Shown one piece after another: positions 9,885-18,131 of a stretch of DNA of 64,000 bases. The DNA comes from an uncultured Gammaproteobacteria bacterium (GTDB taxonomy: Bacteria > Pseudomonadota > Gammaproteobacteria > Methylococcales > Methylomonadaceae), in contig CAWKEY010000038.1 of assembly GCA_963848675.1 (NCBI GenBank), positions 19,114 to 83,113 of the forward strand. Direction: 5' to 3'. A model generated the notes under the pieces. The model had not been told where the DNA came from. It did no database searches and saw nothing but the letters and a program-made list of their open reading frames with translations. A program made the position numbers and the translations under genes. Position 1 is the stretch's first letter, and each line of letters opens with the position of its first letter.

Positions 9885-10136
9885 ATGAAACAAATCATAT
9901 TAGCAATCGCACTTGTATTCGCATTACCTGCAATGGCTGCTGCGGAGCAGGAATCCAGTTCCTCACCAGCAGAGGCGCCTAAGGTTCATACAATGCGAAA
10001 CACCGACCCCACGCCAGAACAAGCAACTGAACAAGATACCGAAAAAGCGCCAAAACATACCATGCGAAACACCAACCCCACGCCAGAACAAAATACTGAA
10101 AAAGCGCCAGAACATTCTATGAAGAATACAAAATAA
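9885..10136 (+). CDS. small secreted repeat protein with three A-P-x-H-x-M-x-N-T units
   Basis: Signal peptide MKQIILAIALVFALPAMAAA, followed by APKVHTMRNTDPTPEQ / APKHTMRNTNPTPEQ / APEHSMKNTK. The repeats are also visible as DNA tandem repeats. Confidence 0.6.
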   Translation: MKQIILAIALVFALPAMAAAEQESSSSPAEAPKVHTMRNTDPTPEQATEQDTEKAPKHTMRNTNPTPEQNTEKAPEHSMKNTK

Positions 10137-10639
10137 AGGGCCAGTTTTATTACCCGACGTTTACAACATCACAAGTAGATAGAGGTTAGTTTAACGAAAC
10201 GGAAAATTGTATGTTAACGCTTCTGAACAGCCCTATTGAGGCATGCCCTTATACATAAGTCGAAAATGCGCAATAAAATCAATGCTGTTGTCGTTTAGCA
10301 ACATTATTGATTTATAAGGGGTTTATGGACTTGTGTATAAGACTATGCTATTGAGGCTATAAGTTTGGGTTGAAACGTTGTATAGATTGCGCTAGGCCCT
10401 AACTAACGTTATTTATGCTCATCAAGCTCTGTCAGGTTTAGCAGTACTGTTTATCTGACAGAGACTTCCAGATAACTAAATTGCAGAAACAATTGCAATG
10501 CCGACGCAAGTATATCCGCTACATCTTGGATTAGCGGGAGCATTTAAACAGAAGGTTAATACACTCCAAACTCCCACTTTAAATTATTCAAAAGCAACCG
10601 CAGGTAATAATCGAATTTCTGGTGAACTGAATAGGATTC

Positions 10640-10736
10640 CCGGCCATGTGGTTCCAGATCACTAGCAGTCTCTGAATGACTGCTTCAAAGATTTGAGCAG
10701 TCGTTCATTACAAATTGGCCACTGTCTCTTGATGGC
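10640..10736 (+). repeat. structured ~97-nt repeat, copy B (5' exon of the group II intron)
   Basis: Contains hairpin GCAGTC-tctgaat-GACTGC (10665-10683) and ends in CTTGATGGC, immediately followed by GTGCG. Confidence 0.6.
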
Positions 10737-11081
10737 GTGCGCCGTGCAAAGGCGGCGTTTAACCAGTGGGTGAGATTCCCACCACCCGGCTACATCGCTC
10801 CGGCCGGAAGTAATCGGAGCAGTCATGGAGGTAACGAAGTGGCTGAAGCCTCCGATGTAAAGGATCGCTAAAGGCGATTCCGCGAGTGTGCAGGCCGTAA
10901 CGTGAGTGAACACTGAGCAAGCCTCGAAAAGGACATCGCGCAGGTCGACCCGGCAGCCATTCCGGGGAAGGCTGATACGGCTGGGAAAACGAGCGAAGAG
11001 TATTTCCAGTCGCTGCGCCGGGGTAGTAGTGACAGCATGTACACAAGGTAAGCGCACGCAACACGGGAAGCCCTGCGGCGT

Positions 11082-11191
11082 GGTCAGCGATGGCCAACCG
11101 GACGCCCGTGAGGGACAAGCCGGGCGCTGTAGGGTGGCGGAGAGGCTTGTAGTACCGAGGAAGCCGGGTAATGCCGGTGGAGGGAAGAGGC
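11082..11191 (+). pseudogene. group II intron-encoded protein, N-terminal remnant
   Basis: ...AERLVVPRKPGNAGGGKR resembles the conserved leader of bacterial intron-encoded proteins. It is cut at 11191 by the IS. Confidence 0.4.
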
Positions 11192-12509
11192 CTTAGGGAT
11201 ATAGAAATTATAAAAGCACCGTTTTAGGGCGAATGGTTATATCCCACCAATTCAACTCTGCGGATCGTTCCAGTCGGTGCTCAAGGTTTCTTTTATCGTT
11301 GCCGCAAAGTTTGACACCCTTCTCGTAAATGGCATCGACCAGGCATGCCATGGTGCGCATGCCTTTCCAGCAAAAATTGCCCGCACGATTGATGACCGCA
11401 TCGACCGTGCTGAGCAAGTAGCCGTTCCATGATTTTTCCAGTCCCGCCCAGTAGCGCTCAATGGCGTTGTATTTGCTGTGATAGGGCGGATAGTAAACCA
11501 GTCGCACACACAAACCTGTCAGATCCGCAAACTCTGTCATGCGCAGCAGGAACTGACTGCGCCGTCCATTGCATTCTGGTCCATTGTCCAAATTAATGAC
11601 AAGCTGCTTGAGTCCTTGTAGTTCTGGTTTCCTGCGCTGCCACCACAGAAGTAATCCATCAACCATAAAGTCGCTAGTTTTGTAGTTCGTGCCGAAGAAT
11701 AGAAATGGTTTGCCTGCAACTGGCTCCAGTATGCCGCCCGGCACCAACTTCTCCTTCATGCACAGGTCATGATCCAAGGCCTTGACGGCCTCGATTCCAC
11801 GAGAACGCCCCCCTCGGGAGTAGTCGCCGACATGAACCGTCGCCTTGGTGTCTATACTGATTCTCAAGCTGTGCTCATCCGCATCGGCCCTTGCGTTCAC
11901 GCCTCTGACGTTTGCAAAGATGGCATCGGTTTCGTCTGTTTTTTTTGAACCTTGGACTTGGTCACTGTACGCAGTCGGTAATCCTGGCGATTCAAGAGAT
12001 TTGAGAGGGTGCGTACGCTGGGCAAGTCTGCGTCAGACCAGCCCTTTTGCACGAGCGCCTCGCGCACCGTCTTGGCAGTCATGTGGGTGTACAGCAAGGT
12101 GGTGCGCAAGCTCGATTCGGATTCGCTATGAGGCTCCATGATGGCTTGTATTTCAGCCAATAGCTTGGGGTGCTTGTCTTCGGTTTTTGGCTTGCCTCGG
12201 GCACTGAGGTCATTGATGCAAACGATGCCTGTTTGATATTCATGAATGCCCAATTCAACGGATCTTCGATTCCAACCGAACACATCCTCCGCCACACGGG
12301 GCTTGCCATTGAGCAACGCAATCGTTACATCACCCATCGCGCGCCGCCGCTCTGGCCATGCAATCAAATCAATCAGACGCCCAATCAAGTTCACCATCTC
12401 CGTAGAGACACCGTTGCGCGCCAAGGTGGATGGCTTCATAAGTAATAACTCCATTTGTGCGAAATGGAGTTATTATAAACGGTGCTTTAATAATTGCCTT
12501 ATCCCTTAG
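11192..12509 (-). mobile_element. ISAzo13-like (ISNCY-group) insertion sequence, 1.3 kb
   Basis: ~33-bp imperfect terminal inverted repeats: CTTAGGGATATAGAAATTATAAAAGCACCGTTT (11192-) against the reverse complement of AAACGGTGCTTTAATAATTGCCTTATCCCTTAG (-12509). There is no target duplication, and the flanks are not contiguous in the RT gene. Confidence 0.7.
11208..12454 (-). CDS. ISAzo13-family DDE transposase in two frames (11897-12454 and 11208-11900), joined by a -1 shift at an A8 run
   Basis: The N-terminal ORF ends ...KVQKKQTKPMPSLQTSEA. The -1 frame from the A-run reads KKTDETDAIFANVRGVNARADADEHSLRISIDTKA..., continuing into the catalytic part (INLDNGPE, YYPPYHSKYNAIER). Confidence 0.75.
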
Positions 12510-12991
12510 TGATCTTGTGCCGACGCGGTAAGGCCGAAGAAGCCTTGCAATGGATGCGCAAGATCATAGGGCAACTAAAGCTGACGGTGAACGAGGATAA
12601 AACACGAGTCTGCAACATTCTGGAAGGCGAGTTTGATTTTCTGGGTTACACATTTGGCCTGATGTATCGGCCGCAAAACGGTAAAGTCTATTTGGGCTAC
12701 CGGCTATCGAAGAAAAGCATTCGGCGCATGGTCGAAAAGATACATGCATTGACTGCCTATTCAATGGCGTGGCATGAGACCACGCTGCTGGTGTACAAAT
12801 TAAACCGCATGTTGCTGGGTTGGGCCAACTACTTTCAGGTAGGGACGTACAACCGGGCATATCGTGCGCTGGATAACTACACAGCAGCGCGGTTGCGTCG
12901 GTGGTTACGCAACAAGCATAAGGTTAGAAAGCGTGCAGGCGGAGGCTATCCACCTCCGTACCTCTACAAGACGCTAGGTCTGGTGCGCTGA
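12510..12991 (+). pseudogene. group II intron reverse transcriptase/maturase, C-terminal fragment (end of the RT domain plus the X/maturase domain)
   Basis: [34 protein letters not shown]...FDFLGYTF...[10 protein letters not shown] domains 0-5 (~250 aa) are absent. Confidence 0.8.
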
Positions 12992-13042
12992 AGCCGCTTG
13001 GGGCGTGACGATCCGTGGGCGAAAGTGTGACATCTTGTCCGA

Positions 13043-13075
13043 GAGCCGGATGCGGGAAATCTGCCAGTCCGGTTC
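13043..13075 (+). ncRNA. group II intron domain V
   Basis: GAGCCGGATGCGGGAAATCTGCCAGTCCGGTTC: AGC triad, 2-nt bulge, GAAA-type loop, and the two helices pair as in the consensus. Confidence 0.8.
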
Positions 13076-13282
13076 GATGAGCGGGGTGTGGAAACGGGGT
13101 TATGGCAAGGCTACTAGGACACCGTCAAACGAAAGGGACGGAAACAGCAAGCCAAACCTAATGCTACCGCGCCACATCTCGACTCTACGGGTAGCGGATA
13201 TTCATTTTTAATCTTTAACATAATGTCGGCATAAGTCTAAATTCGATTTCATTTATGTCAGATCAAAGCCAGATTTTTACAA

Positions 13283-14485
13283 CTAATACAATAAAAACGA
13301 TCTGCGCTTTTCCTCCCAAGTCTGTTCATCAGCCCAGGCAAGCTTATCCAAATCCTCCGGCGCGGCGTTGGCGTCATCCACCCATTCGCGCAAAAGGGTT
13401 GAGCCATTGATCACGTCGATCGCGAGACGATCGAGTTCGTATTCGTAGGGAAAATCGCGCCAGAGCGGGTAATCCGGCTGCTGCAGGCGCAGCGCCTTGA
13501 ACGCCAGCGCCTGCAAACGCCAGGGGCGGAAAGCATGATGGTCGTAGGCCGCATCTTCGACATGGATTTGCATTCCGCCGCACAATTTGCCTGCATGCTT
13601 ATGAAAGGTCGGCTCAAACCAGCACTCGCGCAACCGGCAGCCCAAGAGCCACTGCGGGGCCGTCTTGTGCATGATGTTGATCAGACCTCGAGCATCGATA
13701 TCGGGTGCGCCGAAGAGTTCCAGCGGCCGGGTCGTGCCACGGCCTTCGGACAGCGTCGTTCCTTCCAGCATGACGGTGCCGGCATAACAGCGCGTCATCC
13801 ACAAATTGGGCGCGTTGGGACTGGGGTTGATCCATGCCCGTTCGCCCAGCGGCCATCCGTAACCCGGCGAGGCCTCCGGTTGCCAGCCCTGCATGGTGAT
13901 CACCTGGCAATCCAGATCCAGATCGAGCGTGCTGATAAACCAGCGCGCCAGCTCGCCCATGGTCAAGCCATGGCGCATCGGCAGAGCACCTGCACCGACA
14001 AAACTTTCCCAGCCCAGACGCAGCGTCAAGCCTTCGATCGGCCGTCCCGCCGGATTCGGGCGATCCAGTATCCAGACCGGTTTATGATGCGCCGCGGCCG
14101 CTTCCAGCACGTAACGCAGTGTGGTGATGAAGGTGTAGATACGGCAGCCGAGATCCTGCAAATCGACCAGCAGCACATCGAAAGTCTCCATCATGGCGTC
14201 AGTCGGACTGCGGACTTCGCCGTACAGACTGAATACCGGAATACCGAGTGCCGGGTCGGTGAAGTCGGGCGACTCCATCATATTGTCCTGCTTGTCGCCG
14301 CGCAGGCCGTGTTGCGGGCCGAAGGCTGCGCCAAGTTTGATCTCCGGAAAGCAGGACAAGGCATCCAGGACATGCGTTAAATCGCGCGTAACCGAAGCCG
14401 GATGCGCGAGCAAGGCCACGCGTTTGCCGGCCAGCGGAGCGCGTAGCGTAGCGTCGTCAAGTAAACGGTCAATACCGAATTTCAT
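13283..14485 (-). CDS. DUF1343-family protein (NamZ/YbbC-like exo-muramidase family)
   Basis: 400 aa; the N-terminus GKRVALLAHPASV and the overall pattern were recognised by eye. Confidence 0.65.
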   Translation of the reverse strand: MKFGIDRLLDDATLRAPLAGKRVALLAHPASVTRDLTHVLDALSCFPEIKLGAAFGPQHGLRGDKQDNMMESPDFTDPALGIPVFSLYGEVRSPTDAMMETFDVLLVDLQDLGCRIYTFITTLRYVLEAAAAHHKPVWILDRPNPAGRPIEGLTLRLGWESFVGAGALPMRHGLTMGELARWFISTLDLDLDCQVITMQGWQPEASPGYGWPLGERAWINPSPNAPNLWMTRCYAGTVMLEGTTLSEGRGTTRPLELFGAPDIDARGLINIMHKTAPQWLLGCRLRECWFEPTFHKHAGKLCGGMQIHVEDAAYDHHAFRPWRLQALAFKALRLQQPDYPLWRDFPYEYELDRLAIDVINGSTLLREWVDDANAAPEDLDKLAWADEQTWEEKRRSFLLY

Positions 14486-14554
14486 AGGCTCTCAAATGAG
14501 TTATTTGATGAAAAATAATGATTTAAACAGCTTGAACAAACGAGGCGCCGAGGC

Positions 14555-15115
14555 TTAACGGCTAAGGGCGCCGGTTTTGAACGACTGAACGAATCCATTC
14601 CGATGATGAAAATCAGGCTTGGCGGCCGGATGATGCAAGGCCCAATACGAACGGTGGCCATCGATCGCCTCAATCACTGCGGCCAGACCCAGCTGAAAGG
14701 GCTTGTTCCGAAGATTTGACGGCAAATCTCCGGCGGCGATATGCGCTTCGAGCAGCAAGTGTTCATCCCTCAGAGTGAAATTGATGCCGGGCGTCCGGCT
14801 GGCTGTCCAATCGCAATGTGTACGGTAGCCGCTAAAAGCATAGGCAGCCCACTGGCCGGACGGTGAAAAATTGAACTCATGATACCGATCATCACCCTCG
14901 GCCGCAATGAAGGCCTCGAAGCAGGTGTGTTGCCATAAGCCATCGGTCATCTCAGGCAATTGCGGCGAGGGAATGCGCAACTGTGTAGGGTCGCCGGTCA
15001 ATTCATAGCGCAGGCGCAGACCTCCTCCTGGCAGTGTTTCAAGCGCGACATTCAAGCTCTGTACGCTAGCGCATGCTGTGCCGGCATGGCAGATCAGCTT
15101 ATTTTTAATGATCAC
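14555..15115 (-). CDS. hypothetical protein (DOMON/CBM9-like fold suspected)
   Basis: 186-aa ORF with good coding texture and no diagnostic motif. Confidence 0.4.
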   Translation of the reverse strand: MIIKNKLICHAGTACASVQSLNVALETLPGGGLRLRYELTGDPTQLRIPSPQLPEMTDGLWQHTCFEAFIAAEGDDRYHEFNFSPSGQWAAYAFSGYRTHCDWTASRTPGINFTLRDEHLLLEAHIAAGDLPSNLRNKPFQLGLAAVIEAIDGHRSYWALHHPAAKPDFHHRNGFVQSFKTGALSR

Positions 15116-15303
15116 AATCGTTCTCTACTGGAGTGCATTGATATTAGCGGCTTCACTACCGGCTCAATCCGGAAATATTTATTACTCAATACCTAAAATA
15201 ACAGCCCCGATGACCGACCTGAATGTGTGGCGTCCCAGGATTTATCAATCAGGGGCCACGGTCTTTAGCAAGTCACCCAGTTGAAACAAAGAGGCCTAGC
15301 AGA

Positions 15304-16149
15304 CTATTGCCTAGCTTCTTCATCCCGCACACGCACAAATACCGCAAAGCGCGGGATGCCAGCATCGGTAAAACCCTGATAGCGATAAGTCACCACGCTG
15401 CCCAGCGGCGGCGGATTTTTTCGTTGCACCTGGGTAAAGCCGCTGCCAATGTAAAACGACTTGCCGTTATCCGTGCGTACTTTTATCGAGCCCATCAATC
15501 CGGTGTTTTTGCCTTTTCCGGGTCTATAGGCTGTGACCACGGCTTCGGCATCTTCAAAAGGCTTGACTTTGAGCAGATCATCACTGCGGCCGCTTTGATA
15601 AAGCGTGCTTTGCCGGTGCAACATCAAGCCTTCGCCGCCTTGGCTGGTAATTTCATCGCGCTTTTGCATTAACGAGGCCTCCGATTCCAGGCGGAATTGT
15701 TCAATCACAGCCAGATAAGGCGCGCGGGTTTGCGCAGCCAGCTTGCGCATGGCGTCCACCCGCTCGCTGAAGGTGCCTTTATGCGCCGGAAGATCAAACA
15801 CCATCAGCTTGATGTGTTTCCAGCCCGCATGCGGACTTTGCTTGCGGACGATGGCAACCACGTCTTCATAACGCCCGCGCGCCATCCACAATTCACCGTC
15901 CAGCGGCATGCCAGGAAAGCCATGAATAAACCAGTCCGGTGCGGCAAATACCTGGCCGCCTTTGGAGATGAGCTGTTTACCGTCCCACCTTGCTCGTACT
16001 CCATCGAGTTTTTCGCTGGCCCAAAATTGGCTGACATCGACATGGCGATGAAACACTTTTGCCAGCATAACAACGGGGATTTCGACGGCATGGATTATCG
16101 ATGCCAAGCATAACAGTAAGAGAAAAGCGCAGAAGCGCTGCAAATTCAT
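15304..16149 (-). CDS. ATP-dependent DNA ligase, minimal LigE type with an N-terminal signal peptide
   Basis: Hydrophobic leader [21 protein letters not shown], adenylation motif SEKLDGVRA (KxDG), ~280 aa. Confidence 0.8.
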   Translation of the reverse strand: MNLQRFCAFLLLLCLASIIHAVEIPVVMLAKVFHRHVDVSQFWASEKLDGVRARWDGKQLISKGGQVFAAPDWFIHGFPGMPLDGELWMARGRYEDVVAIVRKQSPHAGWKHIKLMVFDLPAHKGTFSERVDAMRKLAAQTRAPYLAVIEQFRLESEASLMQKRDEITSQGGEGLMLHRQSTLYQSGRSDDLLKVKPFEDAEAVVTAYRPGKGKNTGLMGSIKVRTDNGKSFYIGSGFTQVQRKNPPPLGSVVTYRYQGFTDAGIPRFAVFVRVRDEEARQ

Positions 16150-17081
16150 TGCAGGTAATCCAGCACCAAGCCTGCAAAAACAGCCAAGCCAAACCAGTTG
16201 TTATTTAAAAAAGCCTTGAAACATTGGCTCTTTTCCCGGTGAACAATCAGTTTTTGCTGGTAAACCGACAGTCCCGCCGCGACTAAAACACCGCCATAAT
16301 ACAGCCAGCCCAGTTGCGCCATTTGCCCGACCGCGACCAGTAAACCCAGAATAATAAGCTGCAAAACTGCCATGATGTGACGGTCGTAATCACCAAACAG
16401 AATGGCGGTCGATTTAACGCCTATTTTCAAATCATCATCCTTGTCGACCATAGCATACATGGTGTCATAGACCAGCGCCCATAACACCACAGCCAAATAC
16501 ATCACCCAGGCCACCAGTGGAATCGCGTTGGTCTGCGCGCTGAAGGCCATCGGCACGGCCCAGCCAAAGGCAATGCCCAAGTAGGCTTGCGGCAAATGCG
16601 TGTAGCGTTTCATGAATGGATAGCTGGCCGCCAGAAAGGCGGCAACGAAGGACAGCGCAATGGTGTAGAAGTTGAGCAGTAATACCAGGCCGAAAGCCAG
16701 CAGACATAACACCACAAAAACAATCAAGGCTTCCTTCGGCTTGACCTTACCGGCGGCGATAGGTCGTTGCTTGGTGCGCGCCACATGCGGATCAAAGTCA
16801 CGATCGGCATAATCATTAACCACACACCCTGCGGCACGCATCAGCACTACGCCCAGGCACAGCACCATCAAAACCAGCAAGTCCGGTTTGCCGCTGCTGG
16901 CGACCCAAAGCGCCCATAAGGTCGGCCATAATAAAATTAGTATGCCGATAGGCCGGTCAAAGCGCGCTAACAGCCAGTATTGTTGCAGGCGATCGATTAT
17001 AAAATGAAGTGTCACTAATGGTACCCTGGCTTGATGTTGAATGAGGCTTTCTGTGCTGCGTCTAAAAAAAGTTTGAGTCAT
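16146..17081 (-). CDS. ubiA: 4-hydroxybenzoate polyprenyltransferase
   Basis: [23 protein letters not shown] and [19 protein letters not shown] motifs. Start codon choice is uncertain. Confidence 0.85.
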   Translation of the reverse strand: MTQTFFRRSTESLIQHQARVPLVTLHFIIDRLQQYWLLARFDRPIGILILLWPTLWALWVASSGKPDLLVLMVLCLGVVLMRAAGCVVNDYADRDFDPHVARTKQRPIAAGKVKPKEALIVFVVLCLLAFGLVLLLNFYTIALSFVAAFLAASYPFMKRYTHLPQAYLGIAFGWAVPMAFSAQTNAIPLVAWVMYLAVVLWALVYDTMYAMVDKDDDLKIGVKSTAILFGDYDRHIMAVLQLIILGLLVAVGQMAQLGWLYYGGVLVAAGLSVYQQKLIVHREKSQCFKAFLNNNWFGLAVFAGLVLDYLQ

Positions 17082-17213
17082 CCTAAATGGAATTGCAACT
17101 ATGGCGCGAGGCTCCTTATCTTCGCCAAGCAGGCAATTTTAATTCCCTACCCTGCACCCACAACATTTTTAAGTTATAATTGCCGCTTTTTTTATTGCCT
17201 AACTTTAGCCGCC

Positions 17214-18131
17214 GTGTCGAGTATAAACAACGATTTATCCACTTTTCAGGGACTTATCCTGGCCCTGCAGGAATACTGGGCCCAGCAAGGCTGTATTTTA
17301 TTACAGCCTTTGGATCAGGAAGTAGGCGCGGGCACCTTCCACCCTGCCACTTTTCTGCGCGCCATAGGCCCGGAGCCCTGGAATACGGCGTATGTGCAGC
17401 CCTCGCGCCGCCCCACCGACGGCCGCTTTGGCGAAAACCCCAATCGCCTGCAGCATTACTACCAGTTTCAGGTCGCTTTAAAGCCTTCGCCGGCCAATAT
17501 TCAGGAACTGTATCTCGGCTCCTTGCGCTATTTGGGCTTTGACTTGCTCGAACACGACATCCGCTTTGTCGAAGACAACTGGGAATCGCCGACCCTGGGC
17601 GCCTGGGGCTTGGGCTGGGAAGTCTGGCTAAATGGCATGGAAGTGACCCAGTTTACCTATTTTCAGCAAGTCGGCGGCCTCGAATGCAAACCGGTGACCG
17701 GTGAAATCACCTACGGTCTGGAGCGCATCGCCATGTATTTACAGGGCGTTAAAAGCGTCTATGATCTGGTCTGGACCAAAGGCCCGTTCGGCACCGTTAC
17801 TTATGGCGATGTTTTCCATCAGAATGAAGTCGAAATGTCGGCTTATAACTTCGATCATGCCAATGTCGAATTCATGTTTCACGGCTTTGATACCTACGAA
17901 CAGGAATGCCGGAAACTGATCGAACTGGATTTGCCTTTGCCCGCCTACGAAATGGTACTGAAAGCCTCGCATGCCTTTAATCTGCTGGATGCTCGCCACG
18001 CCATTTCAGTCACCGAACGCCAGCGCTACATCTTAAGAGTCAGAAACATGGCTAAATCCGTTGCCGAAGCCTATTACCAGCGCCGCGAGTCGCTGGGCTT
18101 CCCCATGATTGTCGAGCAAGGAGCCGCGTAA
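17214..18131 (+). CDS. glyQ: glycine--tRNA ligase alpha subunit
   Basis: [18 protein letters not shown]... is highly conserved. I place the start at the GTG at 17214, because the ORF-track start at 17031 overlaps ubiA. Confidence 0.9.
   Translation: MSSINNDLSTFQGLILALQEYWAQQGCILLQPLDQEVGAGTFHPATFLRAIGPEPWNTAYVQPSRRPTDGRFGENPNRLQHYYQFQVALKPSPANIQELYLGSLRYLGFDLLEHDIRFVEDNWESPTLGAWGLGWEVWLNGMEVTQFTYFQQVGGLECKPVTGEITYGLERIAMYLQGVKSVYDLVWTKGPFGTVTYGDVFHQNEVEMSAYNFDHANVEFMFHGFDTYEQECRKLIELDLPLPAYEMVLKASHAFNLLDARHAISVTERQRYILRVRNMAKSVAEAYYQRRESLGFPMIVEQGAA

Larger units (their letters stand above)
10737..13200 (+). mobile_element. bacterial group II intron, degenerate (intron-encoded protein disrupted by an IS and a deletion); 3' end approximate
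   Basis: 5' GTGCG at 10737. A hairpin loop CAGCCATT (10954-10961) is complementary to the exon end GATGGC (EBS1/IBS1). An N-terminal remnant of the intron-encoded protein, an RT-domain-7/maturase remnant and a canonical domain V (13043-13075) are present. Confidence 0.75.

Noticed and set aside
9322-10363. Recurrent TTGAGGCTAT(G/A)AG motif (9322, 10351; variant at ~10232) and local palindromes in the gene-poor stretch
   Set aside because: Too short and too few copies to call a repeat family or binding site without a genome-wide count.
10700-10736. GCCACTG (cobalamin-riboswitch B12-box-like core) inside repeat copy B
   Set aside because: Only the 7-mer matches. The second copy has GCGACTG, and none of the other conserved riboswitch helices are present.
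13535-14380. 281-aa ORF on the plus strand, antisense to the DUF1343 gene
   Set aside because: It lies entirely inside a well-supported gene on the other strand in GC-rich DNA. Its product is Arg/Ala/Gly-rich low complexity with no motif. This is a typical antisense shadow ORF.
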